Below are positions 28,925-39,627 of a stretch of DNA of 55,170 bases, one piece after another; position 1 is the first letter of the stretch, and the number at the start of each line of letters is the position of its first letter. The translations under genes and the position numbers were made by a program. The DNA comes from a virus. Taxonomy: Duplodnaviria; Caudoviricetes. The notes under the pieces were generated by a model that saw only the letters and a program-made list of their open reading frames with translations, was not told the DNA's origin and searched no databases. The DNA is taken from IMG/VR virus record IMGVR_UViG_3300025607_000090, positions 1 through 55,170 of that record. One strand, written 5' to 3'.

Positions 28925-29305
28925 ATGAAAAAACCTTTTTACAAAGGCGCGCAAGGTAATTTTTCCTTGCACACTATCACCGTTGCTTTAGTCGCACTTG
29001 CTGCTGGCGCAAAGCAAACCATTGAAGAAATGTTGCCAATTGGTACCGAGATAGTTGGTATTCGACATATCACCCCAAATCTTGGCGCGTTAACGGCGAT
29101 TAAGATTGAAGCGGTTGACGCAGCTAGCACTGCAACTGAGCTTTTAACGGTTGCTACCACTGCTGCTGATACCGGCGTAACACCTCTTAAGCGGCTATAT
29201 ATTGGCGATACTGGTCCTAGTGACATTGTACTGACTAATACCGGTACTGGCGCGGCAACTGGCGAAGTTCAGATTGAGCTTGAGTACCGCTTCAAAGGCT
29301 ATTAA
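28925..29305 (+). CDS. Putative capsid decoration protein
   Basis: Small Ala/Thr-rich beta protein after the MCP. Confidence 0.6.
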   Translation: MKKPFYKGAQGNFSLHTITVALVALAAGAKQTIEEMLPIGTEIVGIRHITPNLGALTAIKIEAVDAASTATELLTVATTAADTGVTPLKRLYIGDTGPSDIVLTNTGTGAATGEVQIELEYRFKGY

Positions 29306-29334
29306 GCCAATACCGTTAAATTCCCGTTTGTTAT

Positions 29335-29358
29335 AGCCCGGCATAGTCCGGGCTTTTT
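29335..29358 (+). terminator. Rho-independent terminator
   Basis: AGCCCGG-CATAGT-CCGGGCTTTTT. Confidence 0.75.
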
Positions 29359-29372
29359 ATTGGAGACATAAC

Positions 29373-29825
29373 ATGTCAAAAGTTGAAATTGTTTATATCG
29401 GTCCAAAGAAAGTCAAAAAAGACACCGTGACCGGTTCGCGCCAAATCTTCCCGCGTCATAAGGCCGTGCCGGTAGAAGCTGATATCGCTCACCGCTTGCT
29501 TGATTACCCGGATGTATTCGTCTTAGCCGAAGATGCCAAGGACGTTATCGCCAAGCAAGAAAAGCACGCCAAAGCACTAGCTGACGCTAAAACCAAGCTT
29601 GAAGAAGATCAAAAAGCTTCTCGATTGAGTGAAAGTATGCTGGTTGTTGTTAATGGTGAATCGCTAGATATTGCCAAATACAGCTCTCGCCAATTAGCAA
29701 CCTTAGTTGAAGCGGAAGATTTAACAATCATTGAACAGCAAAAGCCGGTCAGCCCTTATCGTGAAGCTGTACGTGATGCGTTGCGCGAAAAGAATGGTAC
29801 TCCTGAATTAGACGATCAGGAGTAA
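29373..29825 (+). CDS. Hypothetical virion-module protein
   Basis: YIGPK..K.D.VTGS motif; GGAG RBS. Confidence 0.7.
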   Translation: MSKVEIVYIGPKKVKKDTVTGSRQIFPRHKAVPVEADIAHRLLDYPDVFVLAEDAKDVIAKQEKHAKALADAKTKLEEDQKASRLSESMLVVVNGESLDIAKYSSRQLATLVEAEDLTIIEQQKPVSPYREAVRDALREKNGTPELDDQE

Positions 29826-29830
29826 GTTAA

Positions 29831-30403
29831 ATGGCGCTATTAAGTGAACTACTGCCGTTGCTGCGTGAGAAGTGTTCAGGAATGCTCGACAAGATGGCAA
29901 ACGATCAGCTTAAAAAGGCTTATCGCAAGTTTTGCATTGAATCTGGCTATGTTCAGCGCACCGAAACATTAACGGTTGCTGCTGATGGCTCAGTCATACT
30001 CACACCTGATGCTGGTCATTACGTCCATGCTATTAGCAGTGTTGATGATATTAATGGCAAAGAGCTAAACGCTGGTGTTGATTATAAAGTCACATCAGGC
30101 AATAGCGTTACTGTTGCTGCTGGGTATACGCAAGCGGTAGTTACTTATTCGATAGCGCCAAAACTACCCATGGCCGACGGTGCCATTGTGGACGATGAAT
30201 TGTTGCAACGTTGGCCCGATGAAATTGCGGCTGGTGCTGCATCGTTATTGCGGATTATGCCTAATCAAAAATGGACTGATGTTGGCTTAAGCGATTATTA
30301 CCAGCGCGATTTCGTTAAAGGGCATCGAGAAGCCTTTCGCGCTCGCGTCAATGCGAATGACGAACGCCAATTCCAGCCTATATCTAAGCGAGTATTCTTT
30401 TAA
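29831..30403 (+). CDS. Head-tail adaptor-like protein
   Basis: Position; FC.ES, I.AGA...L..MP...W motifs. Confidence 0.65.
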   Translation: MALLSELLPLLREKCSGMLDKMANDQLKKAYRKFCIESGYVQRTETLTVAADGSVILTPDAGHYVHAISSVDDINGKELNAGVDYKVTSGNSVTVAAGYTQAVVTYSIAPKLPMADGAIVDDELLQRWPDEIAAGAASLLRIMPNQKWTDVGLSDYYQRDFVKGHREAFRARVNANDERQFQPISKRVFF

Positions 30404-31056
30404 TGTCTTTAGTTACTTCTGATGAAATCCTATCGAGCGTCAACTCGCTTTTAAATGATCCGGGCTTTGTGCGCTGGACCAAAGCTGAGTTACTTGGCTA
30501 CTTTAATGATGCTCAACGGGCGATTGTGTTGCGGCGACCTGATGCGTATTGCGCTGATGTTGATGATTTTAGCTGTGTTGCTGGCACTAAACAGTCATTG
30601 CCTGCCGATGGTTTACGTTTGGTTGATATTGTCCGTAACGCAGCAGGGCGAGCCATTAAAGGGCCATCTGACCGCGCGGTGATTGATGATAATTACCCTG
30701 AGTGGTACGCAGAAAATACGGCAACGGCTGTCGAGCTTTTCTTTTATGACGAGCGCAATCCCAAAACATTTTATGTTTACCCAGGTGTTTTAGCCGGTAC
30801 CGCGTTAACCGTTGTTTACTCCAAGGCACCGCCAACAATTACGATGCTGCAAAACGATGCCGCGCAAACTATATCGATTGATGACATTTTTACTAATGCC
30901 GCTATCGAGTGGATATTGTATCGATGTTACGTCAAAGATGCGGAATATGCCGCCAACCCTAGTAAATCTCAAACCCACCTCAACGCATTTAAAGCTCAGC
31001 TTGGTGAAAAATCACAGGCTGATGTAGCGATGGCCGGTCAGCAAATTAAGGAATAG
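30403..31056 (+). CDS. Head-tail adaptor / tail tubular protein A-like
   Basis: L.D....RWT..ELL.Y.N.AQ..I...RPD motif. Confidence 0.7.
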   Translation: MSLVTSDEILSSVNSLLNDPGFVRWTKAELLGYFNDAQRAIVLRRPDAYCADVDDFSCVAGTKQSLPADGLRLVDIVRNAAGRAIKGPSDRAVIDDNYPEWYAENTATAVELFFYDERNPKTFYVYPGVLAGTALTVVYSKAPPTITMLQNDAAQTISIDDIFTNAAIEWILYRCYVKDAEYAANPSKSQTHLNAFKAQLGEKSQADVAMAGQQIKE

Positions 31057-31058
31057 TT

Positions 31059-33866
31059 ATGGAAAGCTCTGGCGCGTGGTATCGAACAGGTACCGTAAAT
31101 GTAACTAATGGTGCTAAGGCCATTGTTGGTGTTGGTACCACTTGGAAAACGGCCTTAATTGCGATTGCCGTGGGTGATATCTTCACCTTGGATATGAAAA
31201 CTTGGTATGAAGCGATTGCCGTTGATACAGATACCGGCATTACACTTGATCGAAATTACGAAGGTGGAACTGTAAACGGTGCAAGTTACGCGATTATTCG
31301 TAACACTTCCGGCACCATATTGACTAGAATCGCTGGTCAAATCGCAGTCCAGTTTAATCAAAAGCAGCTTTTACTTGATGAGTTGCGTATATGGCTAAAT
31401 TCGAGCAATGCGACTGAGAACGTTACTGATAGCCACGGTGTCACCAGCGCCATTACTACACCAAAGCAGATGGCCGCCGATTACGCCGTAAAAATAGCTC
31501 AAGTGGATTCGTTGATTGTTAATGTTCAGGTTATGACCAAGGCCGAACATGAGGGACTAGCCGAAATTCAGCGCCAGATTGATGCTGGTTCGGGTGTTGA
31601 TTTAAAAGATCCCCGAATGGAGCTGGTGCTAAAAGAAGTGACCGGCACAGCGGACGTAATACATGCGCCGGCGAATACTTTTCATGTTCATGGTTATAAG
31701 ATAAAGAAAGCGCCGTTTAACATTCCACAAGCACCCGCGCCAAACGGGTTGCAGCGTACTGATGGCGGCACGGATTTCGCTGATATTGCAGCGGCTATCG
31801 TGGCAGGCGGTACAAATTTATCGTTGTCGATTTTGTCGCGTCAAGATTTGCCGGGCTTAGAGCCATTTTTTGAAAAGGTTTCAAAGCTTGACCGGTTATA
31901 TCCCAATGGCGACATTAACTATGATCAGCCAACGTGGCTAGGCGTAACGCTGGCTAAAAACGGCCCACAATCATTTCACGCGGTTGGTCCGTACGACACT
32001 GTTACTCACGGCTACAGCCTAAAAATATCAACGGCAAGCGCCGAAGATTTGGCGGTGTTTTACGCTCACTCGATTAACCTTCACACAGATAATGGTGTGT
32101 TAGTTGATGTTTATTCGCGCTGGCGGATGATTAGTGGGCTGGGTGATAATTGGGCTAATGCAGATAATTCAAATTTTAAGAATGCGGCCCCTTATGGTTA
32201 TGTTGCGTATAGTGCACCTGATAATTATGTACAACCGCAAGGTTCATCAAACACGGCCGCAACATTCACAAAACAAGACCCACGATTTAAAGCACATGAT
32301 TATGCGGGCCACACAGGAGGAGGCACAAATATAGGGGCGTGGAAAGCTAATGCAGGAAACAATACAGAGTTCGCTAATGCCCACAACGGTTTATGTTTCT
32401 TAATTACTTTCCGATTAATTCAGCGGAGAAACCAAGGTGTTGGTCATCCTTTAAATACTGTGGGAACTAAGGCCATACGTGACGCTACATCAGGTGTTGC
32501 ATATAGACAATGGTACGCTGATGTAAACAGTTTAGTTAATTCACTATCTGACTGCTTTATGTCTAGTGATAGCGGTGCTATTGCTAGTGGACAGGAATTA
32601 GGCCGCTACCAATTCGACGGTAAATTTTACGACCAAATCCTACAATCAGATATCCTAGCCACTCACGTTATGAGCTGTCAGAAATCAGATGATGTCATGT
32701 TTAATGGTATTGTTAATGATTCGATTGCGGGGCGGGCTGGTTATGGTGAAGGGGTCAGTACTACTATGATCGGCAGCTCCACTATCACTAAAAGCGGCGC
32801 TGGTATTTTTGAAGCTGGTGCGGGAGGCCGTATCCGAATAGTCAGTGGTGGTACTAATTGGCTTGGGAGTATAGGAGGTAACGGTCTTTCCGGCATAAAC
32901 GCCTCTTCAACACAAAAATTGTATCTTGTCGGTGATAACGGGAGTGTCCACTCAATACCCAAAGGCACATATGGTGATATATATCAGACGGGTAGTTATA
33001 CTTACTTCGGTGCTACGGAGCTAGGGTCATTTAACACTGACTTTCCTGACGGCACTGTAATTCATGTAGTCCGTACATCCACCCCGTCTGCCCATCAATC
33101 CCTAGAACCTTCATGGGCCGATGTAATAGGGCCGCCTGCTAAGATCCAAGCGACTATGGCAACGTTAGGAATTACGGAACTTGAGGCTCAGTGGATTGAT
33201 ACGGTTCCTAATGGGGATCCTGCTAGTTATATGTTAAATCGTAAAAGCCTAGATAATCCTATAATCAATACTAGAACCCTTGATAATGGCGGGTCATGGG
33301 CCTCAGCTGACTTGGCTATTAACAATACTTTGAATGGTTTCGATGCTTCGCTAGTCCCTAATTATGTAGCACTACGCTTTTACAAAACCCAAGCCCATTT
33401 CACCGAGTCTAGCGACCGCTTGGCCTTGGTTGGTGAGCCTAAGTTTGTTTACGCTGGCTGTTCAGACACCCTACAGGTAGGGTGTCTGTTATTCAGCTCT
33501 TTACTAGGAAAGATATTCACGACGATTGGAAGCCCTTCGACCCCAGTGCGTTGGGTTACAGGATTAATCTCGACTGATAAGTATTTTAACGACCTGATAT
33601 ATAACAACGGCTACACTGCGCCAACAGAGCATCACCCAATCAACCTAGGGGGCGTAGGCCCAGCAGCTAAGACCCTGATAATTGAGATCGAGGTCAATGG
33701 TAAGCGGGCTATCGGCTGGCACTATAAAGAGATCGTGCATAATGGGACATCTTGGGGTGATGACAACCAGTTCCAACCTACCGACAACCAGACCAGTGTT
33801 AATGATCTAAATGGTAATCCTGCACTACGCGGATTTTCTGTAACTGAAACGTGCTATTGGAGCTAA
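31059..33866 (+). CDS. Tail fibre / receptor-binding protein
   Basis: WYRTGTVNVTNG...VGVGT.W N-terminal anchor; Gly/Asn/Thr-rich distal part. Confidence 0.85.
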   Translation: MESSGAWYRTGTVNVTNGAKAIVGVGTTWKTALIAIAVGDIFTLDMKTWYEAIAVDTDTGITLDRNYEGGTVNGASYAIIRNTSGTILTRIAGQIAVQFNQKQLLLDELRIWLNSSNATENVTDSHGVTSAITTPKQMAADYAVKIAQVDSLIVNVQVMTKAEHEGLAEIQRQIDAGSGVDLKDPRMELVLKEVTGTADVIHAPANTFHVHGYKIKKAPFNIPQAPAPNGLQRTDGGTDFADIAAAIVAGGTNLSLSILSRQDLPGLEPFFEKVSKLDRLYPNGDINYDQPTWLGVTLAKNGPQSFHAVGPYDTVTHGYSLKISTASAEDLAVFYAHSINLHTDNGVLVDVYSRWRMISGLGDNWANADNSNFKNAAPYGYVAYSAPDNYVQPQGSSNTAATFTKQDPRFKAHDYAGHTGGGTNIGAWKANAGNNTEFANAHNGLCFLITFRLIQRRNQGVGHPLNTVGTKAIRDATSGVAYRQWYADVNSLVNSLSDCFMSSDSGAIASGQELGRYQFDGKFYDQILQSDILATHVMSCQKSDDVMFNGIVNDSIAGRAGYGEGVSTTMIGSSTITKSGAGIFEAGAGGRIRIVSGGTNWLGSIGGNGLSGINASSTQKLYLVGDNGSVHSIPKGTYGDIYQTGSYTYFGATELGSFNTDFPDGTVIHVVRTSTPSAHQSLEPSWADVIGPPAKIQATMATLGITELEAQWIDTVPNGDPASYMLNRKSLDNPIINTRTLDNGGSWASADLAINNTLNGFDASLVPNYVALRFYKTQAHFTESSDRLALVGEPKFVYAGCSDTLQVGCLLFSSLLGKIFTTIGSPSTPVRWVTGLISTDKYFNDLIYNNGYTAPTEHHPINLGGVGPAAKTLIIEIEVNGKRAIGWHYKEIVHNGTSWGDDNQFQPTDNQTSVNDLNGNPALRGFSVTETCYWS

Positions 33867-33871
33867 TAACG

Positions 33872-34576
33872 ATGCAAGATATTTCATATTTTCAAGATGA
33901 AGATGGCGTGTTATTGCCGCGCCCACACACCGATGAGCTATCGACTTTACAACAAAGCATTTCAGACAACAGACCAATGAAAGGTTTGTTATCTACCGCG
34001 CAGTATGTAGCAGATGGCGAGCAATGGCAGTGGTTTAGAGATTACATTAATCACTGCTATGACACGGCGATCGTGATGGATAAAAACCTGAATCTGGCCG
34101 TCATTGGTCAAGATGAACATGGTGCTGATATTCACGCTGAGCCCCAAGAGCTACCTCCACCGCTACGGTTACCGCCTACGGTTCGAACGGCCGACCAAGT
34201 GTTAACCGCGACCGGTTACTATAAAACCAAATTCAAAGCTGAACGCGCAAGAAAGGTTGAGGCGATTAAAGTTCAAGTCGGTGATGTCTTGCTCGACGGT
34301 GACGAAACCAGCCAAAACCGACTAGTTCGCGCCATTGTAGTCATGCAAGGCATGAAATTGTCAGCGATGAATCAAGCCATTGTGACGGCAGCTGCCAGTC
34401 CCGCGGTCACGGTGGCTGATTTATTAGCCAGCCTTGTGACGTCGATTAATGAGTCGAACATTACCATTCCGTGGAAAACCGCCGATGACCAGACCGTTCT
34501 GTTGGATTTGGCAACGGCAGAGCAAGCACTGGCGGCATCAGGTGGGCAACAAACCGCCGTCTGGGGCGTAAATTAG
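33872..34576 (+). CDS. Tail fibre assembly-like protein (DUF4376-like C-terminus)
   Basis: K.ER...V.AI.V.....DGDE.SQ.R...A motif; follows the tail fibre. Confidence 0.65.
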   Translation: MQDISYFQDEDGVLLPRPHTDELSTLQQSISDNRPMKGLLSTAQYVADGEQWQWFRDYINHCYDTAIVMDKNLNLAVIGQDEHGADIHAEPQELPPPLRLPPTVRTADQVLTATGYYKTKFKAERARKVEAIKVQVGDVLLDGDETSQNRLVRAIVVMQGMKLSAMNQAIVTAAASPAVTVADLLASLVTSINESNITIPWKTADDQTVLLDLATAEQALAASGGQQTAVWGVN

Positions 34577-34599
34577 CCAGCACTACACCATCAATTTTA

Positions 34600-35037
34600 A
34601 TGATATCAGCCTCGATTGTCGGGGCTTTTTTATGGGAGCTTTTCGTGGGATACATTAAAGGTTTGCTTGCATTACTACTCATCGGCGTTATCTGGACGTT
34701 GTTTTTAATTTCTAACCCAGTCGGCTGGCATCGGTTAGTTATCGCGCTGATTGCCGTTTTTCGACCCTCGTTGCGTAACTATGCAATGACACGTTGGGAA
34801 AAAGACGATGAGATATTAAATCGGTTACTAGGTGGCATGAAAGACCACACGATTAGCGGCCGTACTGGTTATGGTGCCATTTCAACAGGTGAAAGGCGGT
34901 TTCTGGTGGTCCAGCGTGTAGTCGATACGATGTTTTGGTTTCAGCCGCACCACTGTTTTAACGCAATAAACTGGAAACTCTATCCAGCCGATGAACGATC
35001 GCTCAAAGAAAAACACAACCAACTCCACGCCAGCTAA
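34600..35037 (+). CDS. Membrane-associated phage protein
   Basis: Hydrophobic N-half; N.LLGG..D.TISGR.G...HC motif. Confidence 0.65.
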   Translation: MISASIVGAFLWELFVGYIKGLLALLLIGVIWTLFLISNPVGWHRLVIALIAVFRPSLRNYAMTRWEKDDEILNRLLGGMKDHTISGRTGYGAISTGERRFLVVQRVVDTMFWFQPHHCFNAINWKLYPADERSLKEKHNQLHAS

Positions 35038-35068
35038 ACCTTCACTTTCTGCAATATAGAGATAATCC

Positions 35069-36673
35069 ATGCCTGCCATATCACTTAATACATTTGCCGG
35101 TGAGCGGCCTAAACTCGATCCCCGTCATTTACCCAACGAAGCGGCCCAAAGTGCCAAAGGTTGTCATTTTTATAACGGCAACTTATCTCCACTAAAATCG
35201 CCATTGTTAACCGATGAATCAGTAATTAGTGACGCCAAAACCATTTTTAAATACCTCAATCAGCACTGGTTCGCATGGAACGTTGATGTTGACGCAGTGA
35301 ACAGCCCAGTTGCTAGCGATCCATGGCAGCGGGTGTATTTTAGCGGCGATGGCTATCCAAAAGTTACTAATAATGCGGCGTTTGGTGGCCCAGCGATGCC
35401 AGCGGTCTCGTACCGTTTAGGCGTTCAGGCGCCAGAAATTGCAATAATTGGCGTGGTTACAGAGTCGGCAGGGCCAGAAGATGACCCAAACGATGATGAA
35501 ACCCGATTTTACACTCATACCTTTGTCACTGAGCAGGGCGAGGAAAGTGCGCCGGGCAAATCGTCTGCTCAAATTGAGATACTTTACCCGGAAGAAGTTG
35601 GAACATTTGTTACGCTGGCTCTAACACCACCGAACGTTAACGCATCCAATATCACGCATCGGCGCATTTATCGCAGTGTGACCGGAGGTGGCAGTGCTGA
35701 TTATCTGTTGGTAGCAGAAGTGCCAATTGCCAATGCCACATTTGTCGATAACATTCGCGGCGACCAGCTAGGTGCACCACTAGAAACCTATGGCTACGAG
35801 TTGCCACCAACTGATTTGGCGGGATTAACAAGTATGGCGAATGGCATTATGGCTGGTTTTACTGGTAATACCGTTTGTTTCAGTGAGGCATATTTACCTT
35901 ACGCGTGGCCAACAGATTACCAGATGACCACTGAGCATAACATTGTTGCTATTGTCGCCATGGGCAACTCTCTGGCCGTACTTACCGAGGGTTATCCGTA
36001 TATTTTTAGTGGCTCGACGCCAGCTGCAATGACAGGTCAGAAACTTGAATCTAATCAAGCTTGCGTCAATAAGCGCAGCGCGATAATAGTGAATGGCACT
36101 TTGATTTATGCTAGCCCCGATGGTTTGGTCGCATTAACCGGTAGCGGTGCCGTGCCATTGACCGACAAGATAATCACTCGCGAGCAATGGCAGGGCTATC
36201 AACCATCGACTGTTGAAGCGTATTTTCAAGAAGGGCGATATGTCGCATTTTATGGCGTCGCGCTAAATAAAGTTTTTATCTTTGATCCTGCCACTGGCGA
36301 TTTTCGACATTTTGATACAACGGCTTATTGCGGCTTCAACAGCTTACTTGATGATGCGCTCTACCTTAGTGATGGCGGCAACATTAGCCGGTGGGAAGCT
36401 GGCAGCGCAACATCATACACATGGCGGTCGAAAGAATTCATAACATCAGGCATAAGCTTTTCTTGTGTAAAAGTTACAGGGGAAAACCTCGCTGGCAGCG
36501 GGATAAAAATCATTGCCGACGGTGTGGAAGTCCTTGATATGGCGCCCGGCAACATTCCTAAGTATTCATTCCGACTGCCGTCAGTAAGGGGGGAGAGCTG
36601 GGAATTTGAATTGCATGGTACGGGGGAAATACATTCTGTTGCTATTGCCACATCAATGCAGGAGATAATTTAA
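35069..36673 (+). CDS. Tail nozzle / DNA stabilisation protein (tubular B-like)
   Basis: F.GE.P...P..LP..A start, FSE.YLPYAWP, beta-propeller-like; podovirus tail position. Confidence 0.75.
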   Translation: MPAISLNTFAGERPKLDPRHLPNEAAQSAKGCHFYNGNLSPLKSPLLTDESVISDAKTIFKYLNQHWFAWNVDVDAVNSPVASDPWQRVYFSGDGYPKVTNNAAFGGPAMPAVSYRLGVQAPEIAIIGVVTESAGPEDDPNDDETRFYTHTFVTEQGEESAPGKSSAQIEILYPEEVGTFVTLALTPPNVNASNITHRRIYRSVTGGGSADYLLVAEVPIANATFVDNIRGDQLGAPLETYGYELPPTDLAGLTSMANGIMAGFTGNTVCFSEAYLPYAWPTDYQMTTEHNIVAIVAMGNSLAVLTEGYPYIFSGSTPAAMTGQKLESNQACVNKRSAIIVNGTLIYASPDGLVALTGSGAVPLTDKIITREQWQGYQPSTVEAYFQEGRYVAFYGVALNKVFIFDPATGDFRHFDTTAYCGFNSLLDDALYLSDGGNISRWEAGSATSYTWRSKEFITSGISFSCVKVTGENLAGSGIKIIADGVEVLDMAPGNIPKYSFRLPSVRGESWEFELHGTGEIHSVAIATSMQEII

Positions 36674-39540
36674 TGGGACTGTTCTCAGGTATTCCACGCA
36701 ACAAACAGCGCGATGCGGCACAAGATGCTGTAGTTGAAAATATTGAAATATTAACCGGTCAGCGCGGTAATAATAGGGCGCTACTGGTTAGTGATTTAGT
36801 TGATCTTGATGCAATGCAAAAAAAAGCATTAATCACATCTGCAAAAAACAAAATAAATACCAAAAACGGTTTGCCTATTGTTGGTGGCCGCGGTATCGAG
36901 CGGCCCCACTCACCGGTTAATGTTAGCGGTACCGGAGGCTTTACTTTTATTGCGCTGACGTGGGATAGGCCAACTTATAAAGGCCATGCTTACGCTGAAA
37001 TTTGGCGCAGTAGCGACAATATTTTTGCCAATGCGGTAAAAGTAGCAACCGAAGTGACCGACATTTTTAGCGATAGCGTTAATATGGGTAGTAGTTACTA
37101 TTATTGGGTCCGGTTCGTTAACAAAGCCGATATGAAAGGACCAACGCAGGGTGCCAACGGGGTTTTCGTTGTTACGCAAGAGTCTGCTGATGCCATACTG
37201 GCAGAACTTGGCGGGCAGATTGAGAGTAGTCATCTTGGCGCGTTCTTAACTAGTGAAATCGGTAAAATACCTGACATCTCTCAGTCTATTGTCGATGTCG
37301 ATGCAATTGCGTTGTCTGCTAAAGCTGATGCCCAGGCGATGAAAGAGAACACCGACGCAATGGCATTACGATTGATCGACGCCGCGCTAATTGGCGACAT
37401 AAACTGGGCTAGCAACACCACCAAATTAATTGATCTGGAATCGGCGGTTGATGGTATTAACGCCACTATTGCACTTGAATTTATTACAAAAACCGATGCG
37501 AATACTGCTATTTCGACCGCAGGTTTAACGCTTCAAACTCAGATTGAAGAATCTCTAGGTATATCGATTTCCGGAGATTTGGCCAACACTTACTATACCA
37601 AATCTACTGCCGATCAAGCGATTGCGCTGGCTGACACAGCGCTCAAGGCCGTGATTGAAAATCCGCTAGGCACCAGCATTGGCGCGACCTTGAATAATGA
37701 TTATTACACCAGCGCCGACACAGACAGTGCTATTTCAACCTATGGCAATACACTAAAGACAGCGATTGAAAATCCGGCTGGCACTTCGTTAGGCGCAACG
37801 TTAACCACTAATTACTACACTAAAACCGCTGCGGATCAGGCTATTTCCGAAGCAGGTTTATTATTAAAGGCTGAAATAGAAGATCCTAATGGCACTGGTA
37901 TGGCGGCTGACTTTGTATTGAATTATTACACCAAAGTTGACGCAGACAAGTCGGTAGCAAAGTCATTATCACAGCTAAGCAGTGAGTTTGACGTCGGTGT
38001 TCATGCTAGCCTTGAAAATGCCGTAGCCAATGATATTGCAGCTGATCGTCAACGCGCCAGCACCGCAGGCATAACGAGTCAGCAGCAAACATTGACCGAT
38101 ACGCAGCAAGCGCTAGCCGAAAGCTTTACTCTGCTCGAATCACAGTTTGATGCCAGCGAAGCCAGTGTAATCAAATTAACTCAGTCTATCGCTACCAATA
38201 TCACCGCTACGGCGCAAGATTTATTGCAGTTAGATAGTAGCATTGGCAATGTCAGTGCTGATTTAGAGCGAAATTATTACACGACAGTTGCTGCTGATAG
38301 CGCCATTAGTAATGCCACTACCCAGTTAAAGAGCGATATAGAAAATCCCGCAGGCACTAGTATTGGCGCTGACTTATATAATAATTACTACACTAAAACC
38401 ACAACCGACAGTGCCATCGCCTTCGAGAGTACGATGTTAAAATCTGAAATCGAGGACGTTAACGGCACATCAATTGGCGCAGCTCTGCAAACGCTTAGCC
38501 AAACCGTAGCAGATAACGATGGTGATGTATGGGCCTTATGGGGCATAAAAACAACTGTCGCCGGACTAACCTCATCAATTGGCTTAGTTAACGACGGTGA
38601 CAATCCGATATTTGCTGTCAAAGGCGCTAAGTTCTCAGTGATTACGGACCAGAACCCAACCGTCACAACACCGGTGTTTTCGGTAGTCGGAGGCAAGACA
38701 GTGATGGCCAGTGCATTAATTGACGATGCTTACATTAAAACCTTAGTTACAGATGATTTAATCTCTAACCGGCTTTTGGTTGGTATGGAGTTAGCAACCC
38801 CATCGATTAACTATAACCCTGTCACCGGAATGAGGAGCGGTAATTTCTCTATTGACCCCGCAGGTAATATGGAGGTAAAAAACGCCAAAATTCAAGGCCA
38901 TATTGAGGCGGAAACTGGTTACTTCAAGGGGACGGTCTACGCAGAGCAGATAGTCGGTGATGTGTTTAATGCTAGGCGTATTAAAGTGCCTGCTGCTGGG
39001 CACTGGACTGATCATAGGTACACCCCTGCTGGAGGTACTGCTTTCCCGCCTGCTCCGAAGCGATTACTACGAGTAGAAATGCCTGCTTTGCCGTTAGCAC
39101 GCGAGCTTACGTTTGAAAATCTAGCTATAGGTTTCGGGGGGTTCAGTAGATACGACTATATGGGTATAAACGGGCATATTGAGGCTAGAGATGTCAGTGG
39201 AAATGTTCTGATTAAATGGAAGATCGGACATGATATTTTGACATCTTCTAGCGCAGGGACTTGGAGGCCAAACGCAGGTGAAAGCACGGAGCTGCATACT
39301 AAGGGAGGGACGAGTATTATTATAGATGTGCCTCGCCTTTCTGCTATACCACTCGCCGCCAATAGTACTATCATTGAGTTCTGGTTTGTTGCTATGAGTC
39401 AATTCGCACCATCCGGCGGGTACTGGGACCACTATGATGTGAGCGCTGGGGTGCATTCCGGTCTTATAGATTTAGGGATCGATTACGTCGATGTGCATAG
39501 CTCTATAGTAGGGGTTTCAAGCGGTGTTACTTTTACGTAA
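36673..39540 (+). CDS. Tail tip / second fibre protein (Fn3-like, coiled-coil repeats, J-like C-terminal segment)
   Basis: LTWD.P.Y.GHAY.EIWR...YYWVRFVN; 37-aa YYTK repeats; F.V.G...V...A.I..A.I. Confidence 0.8.
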   Translation: MGLFSGIPRNKQRDAAQDAVVENIEILTGQRGNNRALLVSDLVDLDAMQKKALITSAKNKINTKNGLPIVGGRGIERPHSPVNVSGTGGFTFIALTWDRPTYKGHAYAEIWRSSDNIFANAVKVATEVTDIFSDSVNMGSSYYYWVRFVNKADMKGPTQGANGVFVVTQESADAILAELGGQIESSHLGAFLTSEIGKIPDISQSIVDVDAIALSAKADAQAMKENTDAMALRLIDAALIGDINWASNTTKLIDLESAVDGINATIALEFITKTDANTAISTAGLTLQTQIEESLGISISGDLANTYYTKSTADQAIALADTALKAVIENPLGTSIGATLNNDYYTSADTDSAISTYGNTLKTAIENPAGTSLGATLTTNYYTKTAADQAISEAGLLLKAEIEDPNGTGMAADFVLNYYTKVDADKSVAKSLSQLSSEFDVGVHASLENAVANDIAADRQRASTAGITSQQQTLTDTQQALAESFTLLESQFDASEASVIKLTQSIATNITATAQDLLQLDSSIGNVSADLERNYYTTVAADSAISNATTQLKSDIENPAGTSIGADLYNNYYTKTTTDSAIAFESTMLKSEIEDVNGTSIGAALQTLSQTVADNDGDVWALWGIKTTVAGLTSSIGLVNDGDNPIFAVKGAKFSVITDQNPTVTTPVFSVVGGKTVMASALIDDAYIKTLVTDDLISNRLLVGMELATPSINYNPVTGMRSGNFSIDPAGNMEVKNAKIQGHIEAETGYFKGTVYAEQIVGDVFNARRIKVPAAGHWTDHRYTPAGGTAFPPAPKRLLRVEMPALPLARELTFENLAIGFGGFSRYDYMGINGHIEARDVSGNVLIKWKIGHDILTSSSAGTWRPNAGESTELHTKGGTSIIIDVPRLSAIPLAANSTIIEFWFVAMSQFAPSGGYWDHYDVSAGVHSGLIDLGIDYVDVHSSIVGVSSGVTFT
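37480..38490 (+). repeat. 37-codon (111-bp) internal repeats in the tail protein
   Basis: YYT..AD.AI....LK..IE.P.GT..GA.L units at 37591, 37702, 37813, 37924 (partial), 38275 and 38386. Confidence 0.85.
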
Positions 39541-39627
39541 AATCAGGCTCCCCGTCGGGAGCTAAGATCTGCATAATAGTACCCCCTTCTAGCCAAACCC
39601 GACAAAAAAAGGTAGTATTTCCCCACT

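Noticed and set aside
31059-39540. Diversity-generating retroelement or invertible tail-fibre switch
   Set aside because: No reverse transcriptase, invertase, template/variable repeat pair or flanking inverted repeats were seen.
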